Assembly: GCA_015680685.1 (NCBI GenBank)
Contig: MNCI01001925.1
Span: forward strand, 527,573 to 591,572
Direction of reading: 5' to 3'
Source: Gnetum montanum
Lineage: Eukaryota; Plantae; Gnetophyta
Length of the DNA: 64,000 nucleotides
Below are positions 27,151 through 40,229 of the stretch, piece by piece; position 1 is the stretch's first letter; each line of letters begins with the position of its first letter. The position numbers were made by a program, and so were the translations under genes. Below the pieces are notes generated by a model. It was not told the origin of the DNA. It saw only the letters and a program-made list of their open reading frames with translations, and did not search any database.

Positions 27151-27597
27151 TCATTGCATAAGAAGATGTGAGAAAAAGAGATTCTTGAAAGAGATGTTTA
27201 AGTGCATAAAATTTGAGATAAAATGGCTAAGTATGAAAATTGTAAAGGAAATAGGCCAAAAATGGCTAAGTCCAAAAACACTAAAAAAATAGTTATCTCT
27301 GATGTTATGCTTATCATGCTCTAAGGGACTATTATGGTTATAGGGTATCACACTCTATAGAACACTTAGAGCTTGATGCAATGAATAGTATGGGCTTTTT
27401 GTCCTAGGGGGTTCTAGGGGAACCATCAACTAGCACCAATTTGCACCAACTAGAATGTAGATAACTCTTGTGCTAGCATATGATCTAGCTAGTATGATGG
27501 TAGGTGCATAGGGATGATATATCTATGCTAGATTGTTGCCAGTGACAAGGGTATAGAAAGCATGTGGGACTACTTCTGGCACACAAAAGAAATGGGT

Positions 27598-27615
27598 GCC
27601 CTACTTCTAGTGCCA
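27598..27615 (-). promoter_or_regulatory. Primer binding site (tRNA-Asn type), element B
   Basis: Minus strand TGGCACTAGAAGTAGGGC, 5 nt from the LTR end. Confidence 0.75.
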
Positions 27616-27620
27616 AAAAT

Positions 27621-29500
27621 TGTGACATCTGAAAATGTCAATTCCTAGAACACCAAGAGGTCTGCAGATGTATATCCTAACCCTGAATCCATGTAAGGGC
27701 CATGCTGGGGGAAATAGAAATGAGATGCCCTTAATTGTCTAGTTGATCAGACAAGAACTTATGTGGTGTAATAATAACTATTTGTAAATAGAGTTTTTAG
27801 TGATCTTCATATGGGTGTCAGGAAAATAAGCAAGAATGTAATGTATCATGAATATGCAAATGCATATCAACAATAGAAGAAAGTGCAAGAGTAATGCTGA
27901 AAAATTTGAAAAAAATGCTAAGAATATAAAACTAGAATTCAAAGATGAAGAAATGCACCACCTAAATATTAGGGAGCATAACTTTTGATTAAATAATGTT
28001 TGAAGCTAATACATAGCATTTAGAAAGGTATAGCAGTAATGTAGCAGTGTGGTTATAGTCTCTGGGACATCACAGATGCAGTGCTAGAAGTTACAAGGAA
28101 TTCTAAACCTACTGGGTTGGTAGTCATCATGCTATGTAGGTACAAGAAAAACTATGTCATGGTACATGCCAAGGTATCAAGCTCAGATGCAAGAGTAGTG
28201 ATGATGCTAGGAGTGCTCTAATGCTTAATGCTCAAAATGATTTGTTAATCAACTACTAAAATGCTTATTATCAAGGTATTTATAGGGCTAGGGTTGATGT
28301 GAGATGTGGACTAGATGCCACATGGCTTGGTTCCCACATAGCATGGACATGGTCAAGTTATGCTAACATGCTATGCTCAAAATGTTATGCTCTAAGTGTT
28401 AAGCTCAAGGTGTTATGCTCTATAGGATAGGAATAGGAAATTAGAAACTACCAAACTATGACCACACTACCTACACTACATGTGTGAGAGTGTGAGAGAC
28501 TACCATGTACCTACAAACAATGTCAAAACAAATGCAACTTGGAGACTACACTCTAGAACTACTTCTTCCCTCTCCTTCAATTAGAGTCAAGCATAGGAAT
28601 AATTTTGGGGATCAATGGGAGGTGTAAAATCAAGAAAAACTGCTAATCTTAGCTACTAGAGGGATGTTGGAGCTGAAATGAAGGTCAATGCTAAGTTCTA
28701 GAAGCTTCTATATGCATTCATAGGCATTTTCCAAGTGTCATGCTATCTAAGTTGAATAGCATAGTAGAGCATAGTGTGAACACTTAGTAAAAATTTATTA
28801 GATTTTGACTTGTCAAGCTGTCTATGTTGCATACTATAGTAGAGCGTAGCACCAATACTTTGATGAAGTTTGCCAAAATTTGCAATGTTTCTTCATGGCA
28901 CATTGATCAAACTTTGGAATGTAGTAGAACAAGCAGCCTCTGAAGTCAAAAAATTTCCAACTGCATCTTCCATGTTGAGATAGATTGATAGATCCTTGTT
29001 CAACACTTAGATAAAATTTGGCCTTGAAAGCTATGTTACATTGGCTATGTTGTGGAGTGTAGTAGAGCATGATAGCCCGAAAGGTAGAAAATTTGTCAAA
29101 CTATTTCTTCCATCCTAAGCACATTTAATAGACTCTAGCTTGGTACTTGGTTGGACTAGCAACCAGGACATGTGTCAAGATAGGAAAGCTAGAGAGCATA
29201 GCAATCTTGATGGTCTGGCAAATAGAAAATTTTCCAAACTATTTGGTTCATTCCAAGTAACCCTTTGACTACTTCTGGCTTGACATTTGTGTAGATTGAC
29301 CATGGAAGTGTGTGCTAAGTTGGTTATGCTATGGAGTGTAGCAAGCAGAATTAGAAAATTTTTGAAAATTAGGACTTCAAGTGTGCTACACTATCTATGT
29401 TTCATAGCATGATACCAAACATAGAAAAATTTTGCCCAAGTTTTGACACTTAGACAAATTTTCCATTGAACTATAGGAGCCTGAAATTGGTGGTGTTTCA
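27621..29500 (-). repeat. 5' LTR of element B
   Basis: Minus strand starts TGAAACACCACC and ends GATGTCACA beside the PBS; TATAAATAC near 28277-28285. The outer boundary is inferred from the family terminus motif. Confidence 0.7.
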
Positions 29501-30606
29501 ACTATGCTCATACTAAACTACACTCTATACTATTGAGCATATTATTAGGGTAGGTAAAAATTTAATTGGTTCCCAAGGATATCAAAGCATGTTTTACCCT
29601 TGGTAAATTTGTCATTGTCAATGGTGAAAATGCAACTTTCTAGGGTGTAGCATAATTGTAACAGCATAGTCACTAGATTGTCACACTAAAGTGGATGTCA
29701 ACATCCTAGCCTAGCCAATGTGGGAATGAGTCCTAGAATGCCTACCATAGGCACATGTGGAGGAGTGAAGGGCACCATTGATCACTAGGTACCCTAAATA
29801 AACTCACCCCCTTTTTCATTTTTTTTATGTTTCTTTAGCTTTCTACACTTAGATTCTTGGGGTTGGGTTTTGGTTTTGTAGGCAACACTCTACCCTAATA
29901 GGGGCCTCCATAGCTAAGGTTGTTTGGGCCATTGTGGCTAGTGAGTGTGCATAGTGTTGCAAAGGTTTAGAAAATGAATTTTTCTATGATGGCAATGAAT
30001 GTAGATGTGAGGGTTTATGTTGTGATGGCCATGGCCATGGCTACTATGGTGTTTGGTATGCCCACAAGGAGGAGGAGAAGGTCATGGACATGTGTGGGTC
30101 TTTGCTGCTTTTCCTTTTATGTGGCATGTAGGATGGGCAATTGGTGGTTTTGGGGATGATCATGGCTACTAGGGTTTATGCCATGATGGTTGTGGCCACT
30201 ACAGTAGTTAATGTGGCTACTAGGAAAAAATGGAAAAAGTTAAGGATAGCAGGCATGGAGAAGTGAATTAGGTTTTTGGTGGTGACCCTAGGGCTACGAC
30301 TTACAAGGCTAAGCTATGGCAAGCCTTTGCTATAATTTCTCTATGCCCCCCTTATTTTAGATTTTATGAACTTTCAATGGGGACCAGTGTTGTAGTGGAA
30401 ATCAAAATGGCACACTGTGCAGTGGGGGAAATGGGAAAGGATTCTTGGAAATGTTTTTTTTTGCTAAATTTGGGTAAGGGTAGGGATGAGGATGGGAGTG
30501 GCAGCCATGATGGCATGTGTTAGGGATTGGTCATAGTGGGGATTATCCCTTGATTTGTTATTTTTTAGCACTTTTTGGCATGCGTTGGGATCATGAATGC
30601 TAGTCA

Positions 30607-32125
30607 TGAAACACCATAAAATTTCAAGGCACTCTTGTTTCACTAGGGTCTTAGAGCTAAGGAAAGGATTTCCACAAGTGTAGCCTTATGATCCTTTGGT
30701 AGGAAATGAATGCACTGAGGTTAGACTATTTAGTTCAGCAAGTTTTCTACCGCAAGAGCTGATAGGCCCGATGGACTCTTTGGCTTGCCCACCTAGGTGA
30801 TTCACCCTGCTGACAGTCTACTCAGAAACCATGCTTGGAGTTGTCGGCAGTGCTCAAGATGGAAAAAATAGTTCGACAAGTTTTCTAGTTGATAGGTCTA
30901 GTACGTTGCAAAACGTACTAGACCTTTGGAGAATCAAACAAGTGTCCAACTACAAGTTTTAGCAAGATATTCATGCAAGGTAAAATCACAATTCGACCAA
31001 CACAATGTGATATGCTATGCTACGCTATGTAGCATAGCACAACATATCAACGGCAAAGCAAGCAAAGTTTTCTCATTGTAGTTTTGACAGAACTGCAAAT
31101 TATGTTGGCTACTATGTTATGCTATGCTACATAGCCTAGCATACCATAGCAAATATGCAAATTGATAAAATGCTCCTAAAAGTTAACCCCACATACGCCA
31201 AAGCTTTTAGCAAAAGTTAGTGATTTCAACGCAAGTTTCTTTTTCAAACCGGTGGCTACGCTGTGCTACACTACATAGTGTAGCACAACATAGCAAGTAG
31301 CTATGCTACACCAATGTGCTTCATTTCTCGTTTGCATTGTTGGTACACCTGATTCTAGCATCTCTAGTTTTGACTACATGGTGGTAGCGTAGCAGGTTCA
31401 CAACTGGTTTTGTAGATCCACGTAGTGGGGGCACATTAGCATTTTGTGGGTCCAGGACACATGGCATCTAAACCGCATATCTTGCTTACTCTTGGCCCTA
31501 TAAATACCAAGATGAGCAATGCTCAAAGGGTTGGACAATTAAGGCATTTTTGACAAGTTGGGAAATTTGGTTGGCAAAAATTTGGTTTGACAATCCTAGT
31601 TGACATCCATTGTACTTTTATTGTTTGCATTGACATCTTGTGCATTGGCTCTTCAGCATTGCCTTTTAAGTTCACACTTAAAGGCATTGCTGGAAAATTT
31701 TGAGTGTTTTGGTCATTCTTGAATTCTCTGTGCACCTCCAACATTGTATAACTTGTTGTACACTCCAAACAAAGAAGAGAATCAAACTTGCAATTTTGCG
31801 GTGGTGCATTTCCTTATCCCAGCTTATTCTATTATTTCTTCATTATTATCGTTGTTTAACATTATTTTCATTATTATCGTTGTTTAACATTATTTTTTTC
31901 ATTCTTGCATTTATTGATCATCGATTTTTCCTCGTGTATCTCGTAATTAAATCAACATTCACATAAGGTTAAGTTACATCGATTAAGTCCCTATCTAATC
32001 AACCAGACCATTCAAGGTGTCTCATTTCCATTTTATATAGCACAACCCTCGCATGGATCTAGGGTTAAACTGTTCACCCGACAACCTCTTGGTGTTTCCA
32101 ACCACTGATGTTTTCGGTTGCTATA
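30607..32125 (+). repeat. 5' LTR of element Y
   Basis: Starts TGAAACACCATA and ends ttttcggttgctata (CA decayed to TA) 5 nt before the PBS. CTATAAATA at ~31498. Confidence 0.8.
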
Positions 32126-32130
32126 GTTTT

Positions 32131-32146
32131 TGGCACTAGAAGGAGG
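32131..32146 (+). promoter_or_regulatory. Primer binding site (tRNA-Asn type), element Y
   Basis: TGGCACTAGAAGGAGG immediately after the LTR. Confidence 0.8.
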
Positions 32147-32727
32147 ACCTTTTAGTGCTTTATGGGTAGTCGTGCATGCTCTATGTACCTCGTTACCTAT
32201 TAGCATAAACGTGACACCCTTGTGGTTGTTTACACACCATGTGGTACAGGTTCGTCATAACAACAGTTCCTTTGGAACCCTGCAGGATAAAAAGCCTCTA
32301 ATTGCCACTTGATCTCTTTATTTTCCTTGTTTGCAAACTGCTTTTAGCCTCACAAAAATGATTTCTTCAACCACCATTGTTACACCTCTAACCTTGAGGT
32401 TCCATTTTCGGTTCAAGGTACCAGAGGTGCCAAGAAACCACCTAGCCTAGTTCTAGGACCACGCTAATATCTCAAGATCCAAAATTGATCACCTAAGAGC
32501 TTGGCAGAGCATGTCAAGCTTTACAATTTTCTCTGTGCTAAGTTCCAGGAAAATCTACCATTAGACACCCAAGAACTCGAAGAAAAATGTAACTTCGAGT
32601 TCATTAACCATAACGGAAGGGAATTTATTCCCACCCCTGGTGTTTTCATTCCCCTCACACAAACATATCAGTGGATCTTAGATCAACTAATACAGATAAC
32701 TAGGCCTAGGAAGCCGCAAGACATGGT

Positions 32728-34289
32728 TGTACTGTCTGAAATCATCGGTCTCCAGCTGGAATGAAACAGAAACCTAAAGATCCCTGGACATGCACAGAAG
32801 ATCCTACCTTCGCTTGGGGGGAAGCTGGAATTAACGAAGGTAGAGTACCTTGAGTGGTCCGCACGTAGATTAGGCAAGGATTTCCCCAAACGTACACTGA
32901 TATATTGTATGCTGGGTTATACGTAAATGGCGTAATAGATGTAAAATCAAGCATAAACGTATAAGAATGTAAACAATAAGCACACAAGAACGAATAAAAA
33001 CTATAACAAATCTTGCCCAAAAATGCAGAAATAGTATTGCATAATAAAAATTACAATGCACCGGTCTAGACGTAGTTGTGGGTCTGACACAAGGCGGATG
33101 AAGAGCCTCAGTGATGCGGAGGGAAGAGGGTATGCTGGTTTGGACTGCAGGCACAGTGTGAAGGCTATATGCTCAGTGTTCAGGGTCGAAGTCCAGGGTA
33201 TAGGATTTTTTGCTCTGATTTGTTCAACATCTCTAGTTTTTTTTCGTCTTCCCAAAATTGCCTCTCCTTGGTCTAGTGAAAAATTGGGGTTTTTAACAAG
33301 TTTTTGGGCGTTGGATTTGGATCTGGAAGGGTATGAGTGGTCGTGGGTGAGAGGATTTCAGGTTGGATGACATGGATGCCAGCGTACATGGATGCCAACG
33401 TATAGCATGCCAGCGTACAACATGCCAGCATACATGGATGCCAGCGTACAGCATGCCAATGTACATGGATGCCAGCGTACAGCATGCTAGCGTACACCAA
33501 AAATATACCCAGCGTATACACATGAAAATGCTTTATTTTAAGGTCAAAACTTGATTTTTGGGTGCCTAAGATCTACTAGGAACCCTGGCGAAGGTCCTAG
33601 GGGGCCTAGACACTTAGTTCTGGCACATTTTGACTCATTTCTGGGGCCCAAAAGTTGCTCTACGTTGGCTGCACCCTGGGCGTATACGCTGGCCGTACTG
33701 GAATGAAAAACCATCATTTGGAGCCTAAAACTTGATTTTCAAGTTCCTAAGAGCTTCTAGGGACCTTGTGGAAGGTCCTGGGGGCTCTAGACTCTTAGTT
33801 CTAGCATGTTTTTACTCATTTCTGGGGCCCAAAATTTGATCTACACTGGCTGCACCTTGGGCGTATATGTTGGACGTACAGGAATGAAAGACCATCATTT
33901 GGAGCCAAAAATTTGATTTTCAAGTGCCTAAGAGCTGTTAGGGATCTTGAGGAAGGTCTTGGAGGGTCCAGACTCTTAGTTCTAGCATGTTTTGACCCAT
34001 TTCTAGGGCCCAAAAGTTGCACTACACTGGCTGCACGCTGGGCGTATATAGGCCAGCGTACAAGATGCATACTTAGTGAAAACCAAGTATTTTGAGCTCA
34101 AGATTTGCCAAGTTTGATGCCAGATGTCATTATCATCTTTTTTGGATCCCAGGGAACCATTTCTTGCTTAGTTTGACTCTGTTTGAAGCAAACTATGAGG
34201 TCCTCAAGCTTTAGTCGTGGTGGGGAGCATCATGACTTAGCTCGATTCTTTTTGGAGAAGTACTAAGCTCAGAATTTTGTGGTGTTTCA
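32728..34289 (-). mobile_element. Solo LTR (1562 bp) of a related family, inserted in the gag of Y
   Basis: Minus strand TGAAACACCAC...CAGTACA with a perfect TSD ATGGT (32723-32727 / 34290-34294). No internal sequence; gag resumes after it. Confidence 0.88.
33371..34062. repeat. Tandem repeats within the solo LTR: short catggatgccagcgta units followed by three ~182-bp units
   Basis: 33371-33520 has (catg)gatgccagcgtaca repeats. From ~33520 to 34062 there are three copies of aaaacttgattttc...ggggcccaaaag...ggctgcac..gggcgtata. Confidence 0.88.
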
Positions 34290-34382
34290 ATGGTGTCTCA
34301 CTATGACAAGGTGTTTCAAGATGGGTAAGAGGACTTGGACTCCCATTCTAAGGGTGGGGGTCGAACTAACCCTACGACTATG

Positions 34383-37175
34383 TGTTGGCACATTTCAGCC
34401 ATTTTATGGAACAGAGACATGAGATGATTGAGATTTTCTAAATATTTCAATACAAATATTTGAAATGGAAAGATGTAATATGAGAAGGTATTAATTTCTA
34501 TTACTTGTTTTAAAAAAATAGAGAGATGGATATGACTCAATGGTAACATTAGGATGGCACTAGCTCTGCATCTCATGATAAGAGGTCCTGTCACACATTT
34601 TTCAGCATGTGGGGATTTTATTAAATTTTCCCGTAGACTAAGAGAAGGATGTTAAAAGACAAGCATAAACTTTATTTAGGTTCCTAATGGAGATGTTGAT
34701 TTTTCTGTTGCATTGCACAAATTGAAGCATCAGAATTGTATAACTGGATTTGCATTTCCTTTTAAAACAAACGTCTTCATGGAAAGTAAGTAAGATTATC
34801 TTTGATTGGTCAAGTCCTGCACAGGGACAATTTGTCACAGTTTGTTTTGAAGGACCATTTTGTATCAATATATCCTGACGAAACCCTCGATCGGATGCGT
34901 TACTTACCTTTCTATGCTCTAAAAAATGGATTTCCTGCAACAGTGGCAGCTATACTTATGTTTATTGAGCATTTCTATGGCGCTATGCACGCATGCGCAA
35001 TTCAGGGCCAACGCCTTGCTCCACAAAGCGTGAGCGAAGGACAGAGGCGTATCGACGGATGAAGAGGGTGGCAACGGCACTAGCACAACGTTATTGATGT
35101 ACCCTAACAGAAATACACGAACATGGCAGTCATGAAAATGGGTACAGAGACTTTGCCGATGTCTGTCAATGAAGAACAATACCCTTAATCAAAAACAGAT
35201 ATAACAAAAAAAAAAACATCACATCTTTGCCTGGCTGCGCCATGATCTGGTGCTATTGAAGTCTGGAGTGATTCCCCCATCGCTGCACTGATCTTTAGGG
35301 TTTCTGACACCGAAACCCTCAAACCTAAACCTGTGTTTTAACATTCTGATCCATATTATTTTGTGTGAACCTGTAAAAAATAATCGCCTCTGTCCCACGT
35401 GTAAAGGTCTGGCTATGGTTGTACTGCAAAAATCCGTGAGCAGAAAGCAAAGGCTGCAAAGAAATTAGTTCCAATGACATGCGCGTTTACAGCTCATCCC
35501 TGTAATTTCCAATAATTTGTGCAGGTTACTTCCTCGCCAAACAGGGCTTTTTCTTTCAAAGGACTCATTTTAAATTTTTAGGCAGTATGTCATTCACTCC
35601 ACCTGCAACCTACCTTCCATAACAGTAGCCATGTCCAACGCCAATGCATTCGGTATCGCATACCAATCCGGTGAATGCGGAAACAAAGACACAAAGCCAT
35701 ATCAAGACAGGTGTCTAGAGATATTTTGGGCCGATGGTGGTAAACCGGAGTTGCAGTTTATCAAATAAAATTTTAAATAATCATAGTATCATATACACTA
35801 AGTGTGAAGCCCCGGTTATAAACTTACCCTTTTTTTTAAATTTAATTATCCCAAGACTTCAAAACGTTATTGTTTTTAAATATTATTATATAAGTTACTA
35901 CCTACAAAATACTTGTAATATTAATGTTGAAATGTTTATAATATTTTAAATATTTGTAGTATGTATTAATGTTAGCATGAAATTCTCCTAATTTTATGCA
36001 TAACTTCCTAACTCCCTAACTACATAACTTTCTCCTAGCTTGTTGGGCAAGGAATCTTCTAATTGGTTAGTCCAATTACTTGGGAGAAAAGTTAGGTGAG
36101 ATATTTTTGAGATATTTTTGAAATTGTAACTTCCCTACCTACCTTTGAACCCTATAAAAAGGTTGGGGGGATGAACATTGGGGGGATCACTTCTCACATC
36201 ATCAACATTGGGGTCTCATACATCACACTTTGAAGGCTACTAGTTAGCACTTGGGCTCTCACTTGGAGACACTTTGAGTCTTGGGCAGAAGAGCATTTTG
36301 TAAAGAAGAAAGTGTGAACGATTGCTTGTAAGATGGCTTGCTAGAATAAAGATTTNNNNNNNNNNNNNNNNNNNNNNNNNNNNNNNNNNNNNNNNNNNNN
36401 NNNNNNNNNNNNNNNNNNNNNNNNNNNNNNNNNNNNNNNNNNNNNNNNNNNNNNNNNNNNNNNNNNNNNNNNNNNNNNNNNNNNNNNNNNNNNNNNNNNN
36501 NNNNNNNNNNNNNNNNNNNNNNNNNNNNNNNNNNNNNNNNNNNNNNNNNNNNNNNNNNNNNNNNNNNNNNNNNNNNNNNNNNNNNNNNNNNNNNNNNNNN
36601 NNNNNNNNNNNNNNNNNNNNNNNNNNNNNNNNNNNNNNNNNNNNNNNNNNNNNNNNNNNNNNNNNNNNNNNNNNNNNNNNNNNNNNNNTTTACTCGTGTC
36701 ATTTTACCTTGTTTAAATATTTGAGGTCTACACAAATCTTCTTTCTTTTCTTTTCTGCTTATTTCCATCGAATCTTGCTCTATTTCTAGTTTTCTTGTGG
36801 AACTATCTCTTTCTCTGGGGAAAATTAGGAGTAGATTGCGGAGTTGTGCTCAAATGTTTTCGCAAAATTTTATTTGTTACAAGTAGATATTATAAGGACT
36901 GCATAGACTAGGTAGTTGAACAAAATAGGAAATTTTCAACAACTCACAGTACTTGGCAAAGTTGGCTAAATCTCTTTAAAGTCATTTGTAGTTCACACAC
37001 AATGCAATTATTACATTTTACACAACCACACGCCGCAACAGCACACACACATACTCACATTAACTACTAATTTTATTTGGAGGTATCTAGGCCTTGGTGT
37101 TGCCAGAGACCAGCAGGCACCTAAATTCTATTCGAGGACACTCGTTGGCGGTCGCATCCCAAATGGTCACCAACA
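34383..37175 (+). mobile_element. W2: second copy of the W element with a different internal cargo
   Basis: Termini TGTTGGCACA...CACCAACA and TSD CTATG/CTATC (4 of 5). The first ~30 bp and last ~1.15 kb match W1. Confidence 0.82.
36356..36688. other. Assembly gap (N run)
   Basis: Continuous Ns; both flanks match W1. Confidence 0.99.
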
Positions 37176-38347
37176 CTATCCTTCCCAACATGGCCTCCTG
37201 GTTGAACCCACTCTTTGCAGCTATTCCCTTCATGCTCATGTCTGCACCATTTCAACTCACACTTTCATTGGCAATATGTAGCCATGCTATGCCCTCGGTG
37301 TATCACCACGCCTATTCCTGCATATCACTCATAGGCAGTACCCCCTTGCAATTTGTTCCCTAATCCATGCCTACATCATATCACACATCGATCATGGCTA
37401 CCTTGCCCTACGTACATATGGTACCTACATCGCAGTTGTGTACAGTTTCAGCATCCATTCTAGTGTCTACACCTATTATTCCATTAGTGGTGGGTCCAGC
37501 TCCAACCATTTGGTGGACCCCATTCACTTCCCCCCTATTTTGTAACCTTTGCAAATGTTCCACTACGCTCACCACAAAACGTACTAGATCTCACAAGTGG
37601 TACAGCCAAGTGTAGGACCCTATTCTATCCCACCGATTATGCAAACCACCAACCCCATAGCACCACCAGCAGCTGCTACTCCAACAACACCATCCACTAG
37701 GTGGTGGATACCATAAGCAGCACCCTTTGTAGGGGTTGCCCCAACGACGTTTCCTATGAGCTAGGCCATTGTCCCTTCCATGCCAGCAATGGGAGATGAA
37801 CCTGTAGCTCCCCAACCATCTACGTTGACCTCGATTCTGGATCAAGCATTTCAACTTATTTAGATCCTAACTGAAGAGGTTTGACACCTCAAAACTACTG
37901 GTTCTGATACGGTGCAGATCATGGATTTCTACCATGACGATCCCATCAGCACGACAGTCCCCATGCTAACATTACCCTCAGATTCCACTCCCCCACTTCA
38001 CGAAATAAAACGGGGAGGGTGATTCCAACATGCATGTTGTCACATTTAGATATGAATCCCTTATTTTGCAACAATGGCCACACACAATCATCTGTGTATT
38101 TGCTGTCTCTAACGGGCAAAGCCTTGGAATGGTACTGTGCACTCTTTTGCTCCTCTATCTCAACCCTAGAGGAGCTACTGACCCAATTCATAACTCGTTT
38201 CAAGTATAACTTGAGAGCAGAGGTTACACTAGATTAGTTAATGAGTGTGAAGCAAGATCCCCTGGAACCATTCTAGAAATTCATACAATGATGGAGCGCT
38301 ACCCTTAATGAGATTGAAGAGCCTATCGTAGAGGGTCATCTACTAGC
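37176..38347 (+). pseudogene. gag: gag of element Y, middle part
   Basis: Pro/Thr-rich region, then MDFYHDDPIS, LTGKALEWY and FKYNLRAEVTLD; cut at HLLA| by element X. Confidence 0.85.
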
Positions 38348-40174
38348 TGAAACATCCTAAAAAAATGCAAGGTCATCCTGACCTCACTAGGCTCTTGTAG
38401 TTCACACAGTACCATGGCAGTTCATCGGGAGAAGAACATTCTAAGTCTAGGATGGCCAGTTTAGCAAATTTTCTACTTTGGGCATGGATAGGCCTTGTAC
38501 TATCCTACCTACCCATTAAAGTAGCCTAAACAGCTGGCAGCCTACTCAGAAATGGTGTGCAGAATCAGCGGCAGTATCCTTGGTGCACAAAAAGTAGTTC
38601 GGCAAGTTTTCTAAGTCACGAAGCCTGCTACACTATGCTATGATATATAGCATAGAAAGCTTTAGAAAACAATGGTAGAACAAAATGCTATGCTATGCTA
38701 TGCAATGTCACACAGCGTTATTTAGCAACAACTTCAGTACCTGCTCTCCTCGCCCAACTTCGAGTGCTGCGGTGATGTCTCTTTTTGCCAAGAAGTGGCA
38801 GACCATGTCTGCTGCTACGCTACACTAAGCTACATGGCACAGAAAGGTGTAGCAATCCTACAGAAGGGACAGAAGGTAGTTTGAAAGGCAAAATCAGCAA
38901 ATTTCGTAAAACTTGCATCGTAGGAAAATGGGTTGCAAATCAGCAAAACTATCGCGATTAAGGCCAGTCACTACACTACGTTATGCTACATAGTGTAGCA
39001 TCACATAGCAAGTATGTGACATATGGTAGGATGAATAGAAATATTCTATGCCATGCCAAGCAAGCCATGTCACAAAGCATAGCATAGCCTGCAAGTGGTT
39101 GTGCAACATCAATGCACTTCATCGAATCGGACCACTGGCACACGTCTCTAGGAGCTAACAGTGTAGTTGCGACATAGTAGGATTGTAGTTATTGCATGGT
39201 AAGCTCACATTGCAACAGTCACAGATGGCTCAAGTAACACTAGTGAGGTAACACAATTCTACAACACATAGCATTCAAACAATCCCTTTTGCTTACCTTC
39301 AGCCCTATAAATATCCCGACAAATAGCACACAAAAGGTCTGAAAAAATTTTCTTGGCTAAGAAAAAGAGAAAGGTACCTGCGATTTGGAAAAAGAAAAGA
39401 AAAATTCAGCAATCTGTAAAGTTAGCAATTTCAAAAGGGGGTTCGCATCCTCCTGGAAGAAAAAGGCTCTTCCCCCTCACCCTCTTTTTTTTGCCAATGT
39501 TGTAACAATCATACCGATCTGTTTAACACTGTAAATAGAGAACCTCTCCGGCTAGCATAAGGTCTCGATCTTCATTCTACCACCTTGGTAGGATCCTATA
39601 TTATTTCTACATGAAGTCTGTGCCCAAGAGCATAGCTCTTTCTGCTTCCTGGCATGCTTTGGTTTTCCTCAAAACTTTTGCACTCTATCACGTTGTGCAG
39701 CCGATTGTATCCACCGTGACAAGATGGATTTGTAGCTCTGAAGCAGTGCAGGTTTCTAACCATATCTTACATTACCTCTCATTTACTATCTAGCTTTCTT
39801 GCATTATTTTTTGTCTTATTTACCTTCAAGCATCATCTCGTATTACTGTCACATTTACATTTCTCATGTTCAGCATCACTTCGTATTACCATCGTATCTC
39901 TACTTTATTCATTATTTCGCATTACTGTTGCATTTTTATCGTTTCTTTCTTTTTCTGCTGTATCTACCTGTAAGCATTATCTTGCAATTTGTACAATTTA
40001 TATTGCAAAAGGCTATATTGATGCAGATGTAAGTCCCTGTCTGATCGACTAGACCATTCAAGGAACCTCGTGTTTGCACACACCCAGCAACACCCTCTCG
40101 TGGCCACGAGATTGGAACTGTTGTGTCTGCCGACCCTGGCATTCTTCCAAGCACCGACGTTTTTAGTCACTACA
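38348..40174 (+). repeat. 5' LTR of element X
   Basis: TGAAACATCC...AGTCACTACA; direct repeat of 55191-56989; CTATAAATA at ~39305. Confidence 0.93.
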
Positions 40175-40180
40175 GTTTTC

Positions 40181-40196
40181 TGGTGCTAGAAGGAGG
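40181..40196 (+). promoter_or_regulatory. Primer binding site (tRNA-Asn type), element X
   Basis: TGGTGCTAGAAGGAGG, 6 nt after the LTR. Confidence 0.82.
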
Positions 40197-40229
40197 ATCT
40201 TTTGGTGCCTTTGCCACATGTCACGGTAG

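Larger units (their letters stand above)
12114..29500 (-). mobile_element. Element B: decayed Tat/Ogre-like LTR retrotransposon interrupted by W1 and A
   Basis: LTR 29500-27621, PBS, gag-PR 27150-23502, antisense gene, then pol 17552-16601 resuming at 13481-12114. Confidence 0.8.

Noticed and set aside
29501-30606. Distinct gene or element
   Set aside because: It only loosely resembles the 5' region of the antisense gene (~18000-18800) and is probably an older family remnant; no boundaries or ORF could be supported.
34400-35960. Native host gene promoter and first exon
   Set aside because: It lies inside the TSD-bounded W2 element, itself inside a gag, so it is treated as captured cargo rather than a resident gene.
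36259-36789. Two long ORFs in the ORF track
   Set aside because: They are artefacts of translating through the N gap.
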